Below are positions 11,917-24,159 of a stretch of 64,000 bases of DNA, piece after piece. Below the pieces are notes generated by a model that was not told where the DNA came from, made no database searches, and saw only the letters and a program-made list of their open reading frames with translations. This DNA is from Pseudogymnoascus verrucosus (taxonomy: Eukaryota), in the NCBI GenBank assembly GCA_001662655.1, contig KV460248.1, one strand, 5' to 3'. The translations under genes and the position numbers were made by a program. The number at the start of each line of letters is the position of its first letter. The first letter of the stretch is position 1.

Positions 11917-13606
11917 CTAGGCCTTAGTCTTAGGCACATACTCCTCCGGCCCAACCATCAACTCCGGCCTGACCAACCTATCAAACTCCTCCGCGCTCAG
12001 CGCTCCCAACTCCACAGCCGACTCCCTGAGCGTCAATCCCTTCTTATGCGCATTCTTCGCGACGCGACTAGCGGCATCATATCCAATACGCGGGTTCAGG
12101 CACGTGACAAGCATAAGAGACTCCTGCATGATCGAAGCGATCTTCTCCTCGTTAGCGGTCAGGCCAGCGACGAGGTTCTTCTCGAAGGAGCGCGAGGCGT
12201 CGGCGAGGAGACGGATGCTGTGGAGCACGTTGCGGATGATGAGGGGCTTGAAGACGTTGAGTTCGAATTGGCCGTTCATCCCACCGATGGTGGTGGCGTG
12301 GTGGTTACCCATGACCTGTGCGCAGACCATAGTCAGGGCCTCGGCTTGGGTAGGGTTGACCTTACCCGGCATGATTGAGCTTCCGGGTTCGTTCTCGGGG
12401 AGGCTGAGCTCGCCGAGGCCGCAGCGCGGGCCGGAGCCGAGGAAGCGGATGTCCTGCGCGATCTTGAAGAGGGAGGAGGCGACGGTGTTGAGAGAGCCGG
12501 AGGCTTGGACGAGGGCGTCGTGGGCGGCGAGGGCTTCGAATTTGTTGGGGGCGGTGGAGAAGTGCTTTCCGGTCATCTTTGTGACTTCCGCGGCGATGGC
12601 CTCGGCGAAGCCCTTGTAGGTGTTGATTCCCGTCCCGACAGCGGTTCCACCCTGTGCGAGGAGGCGCAGGTCAGGCAACGAGGACTGGATGCGCGCGAGG
12701 CCGTAGTCGAGCTGTGCGACGTAGCCGGAGAATTCCTGCGCGAGGGTGAGGGGCGTGGCGTCCTGGAGATGGGTGCGTCCGATCTTGATGATTTTCTTGG
12801 CCTCGAATTCGACGACCTTGGCTTGGAGGGCGTCGCGGAGGGAGCGGATGGCGGGGAGGAGCTCCTCTTCGATCTCGAGGACGGCGGCGATGTGCATCAC
12901 GGTCGGGAAGGTGTCGTTGGAGGAGGCGGACATGTTGACGTGGTCGTTGGGGTGGACGGGCTTTTTGGAGCCCATGGTGCCGCCGAGGATCTCGATGGCG
13001 CGGTTGGAGATCACCTCGTTGGCGTTCATGTTCGATTGCGTGCCGGAGCCGGTCTGCCACACGACGAGGGGGAAGTGGTCGAGGAGCTTGAGGTCGGCTA
13101 CCTCAGCAGCGGCTTGCTGGATGGCTTTGCCAATCGTCGGGTCTGTGTTCAGCATCGTTAGTAGAGTCCCGAGTAAGTGTAGATGTAGCCCACGTACCAA
13201 GCCCGAACTGCATGTTGACTGTCGCCGCAGCGCCCTTCAGGATACCGAACGCCCTCACAATAGGCGGGGGCATGCGATCCTGAGGCTGGTTGATCCTGAA
13301 GTTCTCGAGGGAACGCTCAGTCTGAGCGCCCCAGTACTTGTCCGCGGGGACGTGAACCTCGCCGAAGGCATCGGTCTCAGCCCTGGTCTCTGCCATGGCG
13401 CGTGTCGAAACGGTGAAAGATCTGTACGACGGTATCGAGCGGATATGGGCTCGCGAAATGGATGAAGAGAGAGAAGATGTCGTCGGCCGAGAGAAAGTGC
13501 TCAGCTTGGCAGCATTGAGGAGTGAGGGGTAGGTCACCCTCGTCGATGCCCTGGCAAGTAGAGCTGCGGGCGCGGCGCTAGCTGATGCCGACCGTAACGT
13601 GATCAT
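11917..13606 (-). CDS. FUM1: Fumarate hydratase class II, mitochondrial precursor; 2 exons
   Basis: Arg/Ser-rich presequence, [36 protein letters not shown] and signature [11 protein letters not shown]; intron 13197-13143. Confidence 0.97.
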
Positions 13607-13979
13607 ATTTTATTTCTGGCGGTTTGTCGCGGCCCAAACAATGTGAGAAGAAGCGCAAGAAATGGAGAAAGACGCGGCGGAAATGCGAAATTGAAGAGTA
13701 GAGAGTGACGGTGCGAGGTACTGCGACGGGCGCTCTGGGGATATTAAAACAGGTGTAAATGGGGATAATTGGAGAAGGAAAGGGAGAGTTTCGCCGGAGC
13801 TCCAACTTTTTTTTTTGTCGGGGTTCATCGGAAGCAATTTGCCAAGATCCCCAACGTCCCCCCCAACAGCGGATACGACGGCCGGGATGAGCCGGAACGT
13901 GCGGCCGCCAGCCATCCGGAGTAGTCATTATCCATTATCAAAATTCTCACTTGGAGAAATTAGCGACCAGTCACCCTAC

Positions 13980-14432
13980 TGTCAGTTACGAAAACATCAA
14001 CTGTATTATTCGTTCATTGCTCTTAAGTAGTAATCTCACTAGAGCAGGTTAGTCCGTTCTTGCAAATATGTTAGGTACTACACACTCTCTAAGGGTGTTT
14101 CATCTACTTAGGAGTATAACTCTTAACTTTAGTCACTTAAACTCTTTAATGTTATTATATACTAGGCACTTAAACACTTATTAGGGTTCTAGGCTCATTA
14201 AGTATAATTATAGAGGTATTATCTATATGTATGTCTTTCTTATATAGCTATCTACTAAGTAAGATTTAGAGAGTTAAGAATAATTAGATGTAGTAAACTT
14301 ATCTAGTTATTAGTATCTATCTATCTTATAAGGGAAGAGGTACTACTTACTTCTTATAACTATAGCTAGGTATATAACCATTATAAGACATAGGTATATA
14401 GTAGGAGTTATAAAATATTCGTGTGTTTAACA
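13980..14432. mobile_element. AT-rich, RIP-like degenerated repeat relic, possibly a solo LTR
   Basis: Abrupt AT-rich, TpA-rich block (ctag, ttag, tata). It begins TGTCAGTTACGAA and ends TTCGTGTGTTTAACA, an imperfect TG..CA inverted terminus, about 450 bp long. No target-site duplication seen. Confidence 0.5.
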
Positions 14433-15184
14433 TGACGTATGTCACGTGACCTACGACTAATCACGTGCTTACGTGACTTCACGGCAGGCTGCTTATAAAC
14501 CGGCGTCGTACGCGACAATACTCGTAGTGGCAAAAGTAGTATAGATAGAGGAGTAGCAGAGGAGTAGTAGAGGAAGTAGAGGTCAGTACTGTAAGCTAAG
14601 AGGGCGAGAGGGAAAGAGACACCGCCCTACCACGATTACCGTCGGTAGCGTCGTAGCGTCGCAGCATCAATCTGGTATACGGTAACGATGGCCGCCTCAC
14701 AATCCCTGTCGCGAGACGTCAAGAGTCTCGGCACCCCCAATCGAAACCTCGCCGGGCCTCAACCACGCGCCGCCCACCAGCAAAAAATCGTAAGTGCCTG
14801 TTTCAATTGCTGGCCCGTGTAAGTCTGGCCTGGCCTCCCATCAATGACCCAAGTGGGGTGCGTCGTAGCGCTTCGCCGAGTTTTGCGTTGCTTGTCGCCG
14901 GCCTTCGTCTTTCCCATTCTGTTTCTTCTCCTTCCATCTGTCTATCCTTCGAGAGGTGTGTTTTTCCAGAGATCGCAGCGCGAGGCTCATTTTCAATTCT
15001 TGCTCTTATTCTTTTTTGTTTAATTTTGCGGGATAGAGAGTTTGTGTGCCTGCATCTTTCTCTATTCTTTTCGATTCTTAGACGCCGGTCGTCAATACGA
15101 AGAAGAGGTACTTGCTAGAGACGATTCGAAGCCCTCCGGCGAAGGATATACCACCGGTCAACAATTCCAACGACGACATAAACC

Positions 15185-16034
15185 ATGGCGAACAGAGTCC
15201 TCTTGGCCTTTTTGGCCTTTGACATGCTCTTCCTCCTCTCAGCGGCACTACTCATCGCCTTCCCCATGATAATGAAAGACCGCATGAATCGTGCGCCAAC
15301 ACAGGAAACAGTTGCTGAGAACCTCTTGCTGGAACGATGTCCCCTGACCGGTTCGTCAACCCCTCTATGCCCATACATTAGTAGATTGTAGCTCACATAT
15401 GAATGTCGCAGCTGCCATGGTCAACGCCATCATCATGTTCATCACATTCCTGACGACCATCCCCGCGCTCCTGATGCCGACTTCGCGCATGTGGCTCAAG
15501 CTTCACGGATACCTCGTTTTCATCTGCGCGATGGTCTCGATGGTCATTGGACTCGTGCTCTGGTTCGACACATTGAAGACTCGCTCCAACCTCTCCACTG
15601 TGTGGGCTGCCCAGGCGCAAGAGGTGCAGAGTTTGTTGCAGCAGAAGGTGAGATAGATACAGGCAAAGTATGCGTGGAAGTTTACTAACACAGACTAGTT
15701 GAAATGCTGTGGCTACTTGAGTAGCAATTCGCCGCCATTTTTTCAGGATAGCGTCTGCACGAACCCGCTGGTTGCGGCGCAGCTCTCGGGATGTGTTGGG
15801 CCGTTCAGCACGTTGGCAAATAACTTCTTGGATCTGATTTTCACTGCCGCCTTTGGCGTTGTCGGTATGTTCTCCTATCCTATCATACGGTGGCTCGAGT
15901 CATTGCTAACATGTGTGGTGTTATTAGGTATCGATGTAGCCTTAATCCTGTGTATCGCCATGCTCCTGAAGGATAGGAAAGAGAAGGAGAGGTATCGCCA
16001 CATCGATGAGAAGTCGGGGACAGCAGGATTCTAA
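15185..16034 (+). CDS. PLS1: Fungal tetraspanin Pls1; 4 exons
   Basis: Four hydrophobic segments; large loop with KCCGY..C..GCVGPF; C-tail ERYRHIDEK; in-phase introns 15351-15411, 15648-15698 and 15865-15927. Confidence 0.9.
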
Positions 16035-17141
16035 GCACAAATTTCGAGGCTGGAACGATACAAATTTTCTACATAACGAAGTACGCATTCCATATGTAAC
16101 CTACACATCTTCGTCGGCATTTTAGAGACTGGAAAGGGGATATAAATACAAGGCTCCAGGGTAGCCATCTGAATTGAAGGCTTCTCGTAAATTTTGAAGT
16201 TTAAATAAAGAAGAAATTAGAGATATCTATTGAGCATCTTGTGAAAAGTGATATCAATTGTCTCATCGCCGATCTAATCTACCCAAAAGTCCGAAGAGAG
16301 CCTGTGCTATTATGCATAGTTCACAGTAACTGAGCCGCCTAAAAGTCGGGGGAGGGATTGTGCCATTATGCATAGTATATATGTATATATTAACTGTAAG
16401 TAAAACAAACGATCTTAATCACTTAAATAATAATAATTTCTAGGATAGGTTACAGCCATCTCTACAATTAACTGCATTCGTACATACCCATGTCACGACC
16501 TTAAAAATAGTTAACATGTCAGTTGGTTCTTTGTGCTTAATTCGAATTAAAACATAGAAGTTCTGACATTCGGTAGGCTAGTACTCATATGTATGTATGT
16601 TCGCCCATTCGAATATGCATAGCTATAATTTAATCGATTATATGGAGCATAGAGAATTGATACGACTCTCTCAGCGGCCACAAAAGAGATGGCCGCGAGG
16701 GGCACTGTAAGTGTGAAGTGACAGCAAGAGTTGAACAACAGCAAGACTTGGGAGACCACAAATATTCCCCAATTCCATGAGAATTATAAATCATAACCCA
16801 TAATTATAGGTACATATACATTGATCTATCGAATCAGTCGCTTTTAGCGCTATTGTGAATTTATTCGAGTGGATTTATGACGCTATTCACGTAATAATGG
16901 TCATGGTAAGATGTCGGAGCAAAAGAAGTTTGAAGCTTATATTCTCAGCGATTTGTGTCATGTACCGGTTTAGAAATTGCATATAATCTACATTGTGCCA
17001 AAGTAAAGTCTTTCATCGATCGATATTATCTATATTTCCTCCCTCCATCCACCCTCTAAAGCGCCAGTTTTACAATCCCTGAATCCCCACAGCACTTGTG
17101 GAAGAGCTGGACGAAAACGCCAACCAAACCCTCAGCTCCAT

Positions 17142-17734
17142 TTAACCTCTATCGTACTTGCTCTTTGGGTCTTCGTAGTAGTGTGCCATCTCGAGTCCCG
17201 CCCGCTTGAATCCGCACTTGACGTAGAACCCCTCGTTCGCCTCGCTGCAATCAAGAATGCTCTTGTAGCAGCCCACCTTGGCCGCGATGAAATCGAGGGC
17301 TTGGATGAGCTTGAGTCCGAGCTTCTTGCCCTGCTGGTCCTTCGCAACGGCGATGTCCTCGATGTGGCCGACAAGACCAAGGTTGTGGATGCTGGGATGG
17401 GGTTAGCGAATATTCATTCCCAGGGAGAGTAGGGCACTTACAACTTCCGCTCAACAATCAAAGCACCGGTTCCTACTATCCTGCCTTGGTCTTCGATGAC
17501 GAGGAGGAAGTATCCGCCATTGCCTTGTGTGTCCATCCAGTCGTACCTCTCATTCCATTGCTCCTCCGTTATGTCTCCCACCGTTGTGAGGACGCGCAAG
17601 CAGTCGAGGAAGCCACGGGCGAAGTCGCCCTTCTCCAGTGCGCGAATGGTATATGATTCTGGGAGCGATGCAGCAATTGTGGGAGAGATGAGGTCGGTGG
17701 AGAAGAGCCCCGCGTAGTTCTTTGTGGCGAGCAT
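17142..17734 (-). CDS. GNA1: Glucosamine-6-phosphate N-acetyltransferase; 2 exons
   Basis: LRVLTTVG..GALIVERKF|IHNLGLVGHIEDIAV..QQGKKLG..GCYKSILDC..FYVKCGF; intron 17441-17392. Confidence 0.95.
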
Positions 17735-18865
17735 GTTGTGTCAATGGCCGACAGGAAGTCGGACTTGTGAATGTTGTTGAGGATCGAGGCTGTGAGGGGT
17801 TGTAGGAAATCAGATGTTGGAAACGAATGACTGTGACGATTGCTACGCCTGGGTCAGTACGAACGTAGTTGTGATAGTGGGCAGTCAGGTAACATACAGT
17901 CAATTGAGATGCAAAGGGGTATTTATGTTGTTGACGATCTCATTGTAGGAGAATGTCTCTAAAGATCCTGGGGGGCTGAGGCCTATGCTAGTGGTCTCTC
18001 CCGCGAACAAGCAGCCTCGCGCCCAGACTTTATTTATTTTTAGATATGTGAATACGAGTCACGTGAAATGGACTCGAGCGAACAGGTTATTTGGTGGCTC
18101 AAAAGTGTGAAGAGGGGGATTCATATAGCTCAGGATTAATACTAGCATATTAAACTGACAGAGGTTATCTCTTCAGTTCCATTCTTCAGTAGCTGGCTTA
18201 CTGACTGTAGCCCTGAGTGATTGAACAACTTGAACATAAATTATAGTTGCTGTGTTAACCGTACCTATGTACAGCCCCTCTTGAGACTTCTGGGCGGCAC
18301 AAGTACTGATCCTGTTCACAGTAGAGAGGAAAGACTCTATATTAAGGGTTTATATTATAATATTTTCGTGAGTCCCTTCACTAAATTCCACGACATACTG
18401 CATGGAACTAGAGTAACCACTGTGACCATTAATTGCTTGTTTCCTTCTGTGGTTCGGTCCATTGGTGGGATGTACGCGGGGGTCTTTCGCGTACCTGGCA
18501 TTGATCTTGGCCCTACGCATGAATCTTATCGCCGTGCGTTATCAGCAGCTTTCACATGCTAGGGGTGGTATGTCATGGGGTCTATAACGCTGTACTCCAA
18601 CCAAATGTTCCCATCGTTGCGTCAGGTATGGGAAAGTTCTCACTAACATTCCCACCAAACTCCTCGACTTGTTGACGTGTATGGTGGGCCTTCATAGTTG
18701 CCCCCAACAATTATATAGCTACCACTATTATTTCTTGGCCAGCGCCACCAGACATGAACCCAAATATATCTCACTTATTCAATAAGAACCTGTTCAACTT
18801 AACATACTACGCGTTGTTTGACACTACCTTACCTTTGTCACCAGTTTCAGACGCCATTTATTGCT

Positions 18866-21800
18866 ATGAAGCAGGATGAGGACGAGGCGACCTCAAGTCT
18901 TGCCAATATACCGCGAATGGAAGAAACCTCGACGGTCTTACCGAAGCCGGTAGCAAGTGCCATCAGTCTTGCCACCAAGTCATCAGCCTTATACCTTCGC
19001 CTCGGAACACTTGTGGGCAAACTTGCCATCGATGGAGCGCGTGTTACCACGGTCACAGGCCTGGAGCTGAGCCGCGCCGTGGTTGAGCGCATACTGTTCA
19101 GTGCCGGTGAAGATGTTGTGAAGAAGAGCACTGGTCAAATAGGGCGACAGGAGGCCGAGGGGTTACTCGAGCGGAGCATCTCAAGGCTTCACTCGACGAT
19201 AACACACATATCATTCGCAGCATCTGCCGGCTTTCACCTATCTTCAGCGGGCCTTTCGGCGGCATCAGACGTATCACAGCACCTGTTGATAACACTCGAC
19301 TCGATATTCGGTTCGACCGACTCCTCTCGTGCTATCGCGAGCATTATCACACTTGTGCGGAGGGAGTTCCAGAATCCAGCTACAGGACAACCAGGTGAAA
19401 AAGTAGGAGTGGTGGATTTACTGGTTGGAGTGTGTGGCCTTGCTCTACTTCAGCAATGGTGTAAGAAGTCGAGCGAGCAAGAAGCTCAAGATGGCCACTA
19501 TAAAGATATCGTATGGGATGTTGTCATCCTCGATGACGGTAGCCGTGCCGACACGGGAGAACCTTGGCTCATAACTGCTGCCGACGCTGGGCAAGGAATA
19601 CAAGACAACAATACACGAGACCTTGCTGTAGAGGACGACGGAGATGGACCCGAGGCTCGCCTGCGAGAACGCATTATGCAATCGTTGCCTCCAGATGCCA
19701 CCGTATCAATAACCACCGAAACAACCACGACGAAGGTGACGACTGTAGAGATCAGTGGTGCCCAACCTCTTGACCTCTTGCCACCTCCTGGGGCCGAAGT
19801 GATTGAAGAGAATGCCCACCATTTTAACAACGGAGATTTCGCCGACAGTCATAATGCCTCTCACCCGCAATCTCGATACCGTGTTGTCTACCGCACCGTC
19901 CATAACAAAATTCGTGGCACAGATATCGCAGCAAAGGATGGACCGGATACTTCATTTACTCAGGCAAAAGTGGAAGAACTTCCCGATACACCAGCAGATA
20001 TGGATTGGCAACCCGAGGACGTCGAACCACTTCTGATGGAGCACTCGCCTAGCAACACAGCAAATTCCAAGAGAGCCAGGCAGTCACATAACACATCGTC
20101 TCACCAGACCCAAGGTGGCTCAAGCCGTCCTTCCACCCGCACGTCGGAATCAACAAGCAAAATGCCACTGGCGAAGAAAGCAAAAGTTGATACACCGAAT
20201 AAAAAGGGTACCGAGAAGAAGGGGACATTACGTGATGCTCTCCGGAAGGGGCCACAGGCAACCATTTCCAATATACTGGGTAAAGACACCCAGGTTGCCG
20301 CTACCTCGTCTTCGACGAAACCGAATCCACCCTGGCAGATGTCTGGCGTTGCTGGGTCTAGCAAACGACCTGAATCCAAGCCGGTGAGGCCACCACACCT
20401 TCCAGTGCCGGATCGAGGTTCAAGTAGTATGCGGACAAGAAGCGGACCCCTTGTTCCGAAGTCTACTTCTCGACAGCCGGTAGATGAAGTACAATATAGC
20501 CATCCAAAACCCCACTCAAGATCTCATTCCCGCGCAAGCTATTATGAGGTACACGAAAGACGCCGGGACTCCATAGTATCTCAGACAGATACCTACTCCA
20601 TACACTCGACTGATACTTCCCGGGCTTCGTCGCCGACACAGTTGAGGTCACACATGAGAAACCAAAGCAGTTTGATGCGTACTCGCTCTGGTAAAGATTT
20701 GAACATTATCCCTTCATCATACCAACGACACTCGAAAACTCCCGAGCCTTCGCCATTATTTGCTCATCGAAGCACAAATTCGTATGATCCCAGCATCTAT
20801 ACGCTGAAAACGAACAATTCGGAAACGTCACTAGTGTTGGCTCATCTCAGCAAAGGTGCCTTTGACGATGAAGAATCCGTGCAGCTATTGAGAAGAAACG
20901 GCTCGGTCCCGGGCCTCTTCCCTCGCAATCATTTGGTGCGGAATATCAGTCGATTCGCTCGGTTCGCGTCTGCTTCTTACGGCTCGAATTTCATGAGACT
21001 CATGGGGATATCTGCTACCCCTACGAGCAGCTCAGCAATTCCAGATTCGTCCCATCATTACGAGCACCATTCGTTCAGTTCCCACACGCAACTTCCGTCA
21101 TCTACAATTCTACTCAGCTCCTTTGTGGACCCCCAGGGAGGCACAGATGCTGCGGGAAAAACAGGGACCAGCATCCCTCTTGTGCACTTTATATCATTGG
21201 ACCATGAGTCTCAAGCCGTTGTATTATCGTGCCGGGGTACGTTGGGTTTCGAAGATGTTCTGACAGATATGACATGTGACTACGATGACATGCATCTCCG
21301 CAATAGGAGCTACAGAGTCCACAAGGGAATCTATGCTTCTGCCCGCCGCCTTATTTCCGGGGCCGAGTCACGCGTTCTAGCCACCATAGCAGCTGCCCTC
21401 GAAGAATTTCCAACATATGGGCTGGTGATGTGTGGACACAGTCTTGGAGGCGGCGTGGTTTCCCTACTCGCGATAATGTTGGCCACCCCTGGATCAGACC
21501 CAGAACACAACGCATTCGTGACAACAACAGGGCCACCCCAATCCGGCCTACCTCTCACATCCTCTCCAAACACAACCGACGCACCTCCACAGGCAATATC
21601 TCTCCCAGCCGGCCGTCCCATCCACGTCTATGCCTACGGCCCACCCGCCACCCTCTCGCCGTCCCTCCGCCGCCTCACTCGTGGTCTTATAACCACAATC
21701 GTCAACAAAAACGACCTCGTCCCCTCCCTCTCTCTTGGTGTCCTACACGACCTCCAAGCTGTCGCCCTAGCCTTCAAGGCCGACTCCACGGGCGCCGCGT

Positions 21801-22207
21801 CACGCGTGCGCGCCCGCGTCTGGAACAGCCTTTCCAGCGGTTTGATGGAGCAGTGGTATCGCGGAGACTATGTACACGGCTCTGGGCCGAGCGAGGAGGA
21901 CGACCAGTGGGCGTGGGCGACGCTCAAGACGCTGCGGGCGAGCATGCAGAGCGAGAAGCTGGTTCCCCCTGGGGAAGTGTTCCAGGTTGAAACGACGGCA
22001 GTGTTAAGGCGAGATGCGTTTACGGTGGATGGAAAGGATGGATTGGGGAGGCCGGCGACGAGGGCTGTGTTGAGGTATGTGAGAGATGTGGAGGCGGTGT
22101 TTGGGGAGGTGCAGTTTGGGGGCGGGATGTTGGGGGATCACAGTCCGGGGAGGTATGAGAATTCTTTGAAGACTTTGGGAAAGGGTGTTTTGGGGGGGTT
22201 GAGATAG
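18866..22207 (+). CDS. Class 3 lipase domain protein (DAG-lipase-like) with long disordered middle region
   Basis: Long intronless ORF (first ATG 18866) with ASASYG, VLSCRGTLGFEDVLTD, VHKG, nucleophile elbow GHSLGGG, YAYGPP, NDLVP and C-terminal DHSP. Confidence 0.88.
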   Translation: MKQDEDEATSSLANIPRMEETSTVLPKPVASAISLATKSSALYLRLGTLVGKLAIDGARVTTVTGLELSRAVVERILFSAGEDVVKKSTGQIGRQEAEGLLERSISRLHSTITHISFAASAGFHLSSAGLSAASDVSQHLLITLDSIFGSTDSSRAIASIITLVRREFQNPATGQPGEKVGVVDLLVGVCGLALLQQWCKKSSEQEAQDGHYKDIVWDVVILDDGSRADTGEPWLITAADAGQGIQDNNTRDLAVEDDGDGPEARLRERIMQSLPPDATVSITTETTTTKVTTVEISGAQPLDLLPPPGAEVIEENAHHFNNGDFADSHNASHPQSRYRVVYRTVHNKIRGTDIAAKDGPDTSFTQAKVEELPDTPADMDWQPEDVEPLLMEHSPSNTANSKRARQSHNTSSHQTQGGSSRPSTRTSESTSKMPLAKKAKVDTPNKKGTEKKGTLRDALRKGPQATISNILGKDTQVAATSSSTKPNPPWQMSGVAGSSKRPESKPVRPPHLPVPDRGSSSMRTRSGPLVPKSTSRQPVDEVQYSHPKPHSRSHSRASYYEVHERRRDSIVSQTDTYSIHSTDTSRASSPTQLRSHMRNQSSLMRTRSGKDLNIIPSSYQRHSKTPEPSPLFAHRSTNSYDPSIYTLKTNNSETSLVLAHLSKGAFDDEESVQLLRRNGSVPGLFPRNHLVRNISRFARFASASYGSNFMRLMGISATPTSSSAIPDSSHHYEHHSFSSHTQLPSSTILLSSFVDPQGGTDAAGKTGTSIPLVHFISLDHESQAVVLSCRGTLGFEDVLTDMTCDYDDMHLRNRSYRVHKGIYASARRLISGAESRVLATIAAALEEFPTYGLVMCGHSLGGGVVSLLAIMLATPGSDPEHNAFVTTTGPPQSGLPLTSSPNTTDAPPQAISLPAGRPIHVYAYGPPATLSPSLRRLTRGLITTIVNKNDLVPSLSLGVLHDLQAVALAFKADSTGAASRVRARVWNSLSSGLMEQWYRGDYVHGSGPSEEDDQWAWATLKTLRASMQSEKLVPPGEVFQVETTAVLRRDAFTVDGKDGLGRPATRAVLRYVRDVEAVFGEVQFGGGMLGDHSPGRYENSLKTLGKGVLGGLR

Positions 22208-23115
22208 GCGATCTGTGGGATCTTTTGGAGACATGTATTCACGATTTTATATACCATATAGATTTCATACTTGTAATGTACATTCTATCTTTCCTTATTG
22301 CTACAACCCGCATCTGGAGGCATACCCCCCACTTTGGCCTGTCACTAGTGAATGTCTCAGGCCGACGACCCTGACTTGATATGGACAATAAGTCCGCCCA
22401 CAGAAAAACAAACGTGGGAAATTTTGGCCATGGCAACTCAACCGTCAAGATAGCATGAAGCGGCAAATATAGTCAATGCAATGACTCCTCTTTGTAATGA
22501 AGGTATGTTCGTGGTGAACATAGGTAGGGCGGAACAGCCCATGACAGGAAAGTGTGTGTTGAGGAAAGAGCAATATATGGAATGACAGCCACCATTCTAC
22601 TAGTACTGTCAATCTATCTCATAAACCCCACCATTAATTTGCAAATACTACATGGCTTCGGGGCTTTGGGCCACTTTCGAGAAAGCGCCCAAGTGAGAAA
22701 TGGGAAGAGGAACGGTGGAATATTAATTCAAGGCCGAGAAAATGAGGACCAGAGACACTATTTAAACAGCAGTGATCGTTGTTGAATAGTCCATAATAAT
22801 AAGTTTGATACTTGGTAGAAAATAACGCCACGATCATTTGCCTGTCTCGTGATACCAACAGTCGGTGCATGAAACAGTTTGGCGCGGCCAGGCGTTTATA
22901 CGCTTCCCTTGTATGTACTACTGTCTTGGCGCCTCATTCTCGATCCGCATTTGCAGTATCACATAACGACTCGGACAACCACCAGGGGAGCTCACGCAAT
23001 GATCCGCAGCACGTATTCACAATTACCATGAATCTCATAGCCACCCGACAACTCTCCGCGAGGGTGTGCCATCAGCCAGTCTCCCCACCACCAGGGCCGC
23101 CGCAGCCTCGCCGCC

Positions 23116-23649
23116 ATGGCCTCGCCCGCAAACTCGATTCCCGACACCTCGCTCGGCCTGACAGCCGATGAGATCCAGGTGCTACGGCGCGCGCAGATCG
23201 AAGCCGCCAACGCTGCAGCCGGGTCGTCGTCATCGCGCGCCGCGTCGCGCGCGTCGTCCCAGGGGTTGCTGCTCCTCAACACGTCCTCGCTCACGTCACT
23301 GTCGCGACATTTCGACCGCCTGATGCAGCAGATCTCGGAGCGGCTAGATTACCTCTCCGAGCAGTCGCAGGTTGTCGCGCAGCAGCAGTACGATAGGGCG
23401 GGGAACGCGATTGAGATTGCGGATGCGGAGATCGAGCGCCTCAACAACATACTCAGACAGATCGACGAGCTGGAAGACGATTTTGATAGGATGGCGCGGC
23501 TCAAGGATATCGTGAAGACATTTAGGGCGAGGGTGGAGGAGGTGGAGAGACGAGTGGAAGAAAGTACGGCGTCGCGCCGGGATGGGGGCGGTCACAGGCA
23601 TCGACATCGACATGGGGAGACGACAGGGTCGAGGAGCCACAGGCGATGA
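23116..23649 (+). CDS. CNL1: BLOC-1 complex subunit Cnl1-like coiled-coil protein
   Basis: 177 aa; IPDTSLGLTADEIQVLR..SSRAASRASSQGLLLL..HFDRL..QYDRAGNAI followed by a coiled coil. Matches filamentous-fungal Cnl1 as I remember it. Confidence 0.7.
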   Translation: MASPANSIPDTSLGLTADEIQVLRRAQIEAANAAAGSSSSRAASRASSQGLLLLNTSSLTSLSRHFDRLMQQISERLDYLSEQSQVVAQQQYDRAGNAIEIADAEIERLNNILRQIDELEDDFDRMARLKDIVKTFRARVEEVERRVEESTASRRDGGGHRHRHRHGETTGSRSHRR

Positions 23650-24159
23650 GATTACATGGCCGGTCTGCCCATACTGTGATATTAGTTGCAATGGGACAGA
23701 CCGCAGAAAGGCCTTGGTCCATCAGCTATCCTCGGACAGCGTGATCTGCATGGATATAAATGGGCGATGCGAGAGGACCGCCTCGCGGCGACATAGGTTT
23801 GGGAAGACAAGGAACGCCTCACGGCTCACACATGATATTTTCCTATTTGGGCGGCCTCCTTTCTTGCACAGCTTGGTTTGGGTGGGGTTGATTGCTGGGG
23901 GGTTATGAGCATAGCATCGATACCCAAAAAGTGTGGTGTTTCTGGCACTGCTCCTTTGCACAGATATATTGGAGTGGGATATCTGCGGTCTACAAATGTG
24001 TTATGACGATTATAAGAAACGCACGCTCACGAATAATGTAGAAAATTTATTATTATAGCTCAACTGATCCGCGATTTAATTCACTGGGCCAAAAATTAAT
24101 ATATGTGGCCGTTTTCAACGTGCATCGTTTCAAGCCACAGTCCACTACAACAGGTGAGA

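Noticed and set aside
11384..13465. Several 110-250 aa ORFs overlapping or downstream of FUM1
   Set aside because: Shadow frames of a GC3-rich gene, or products of microsatellite and purine-rich 3' sequence.
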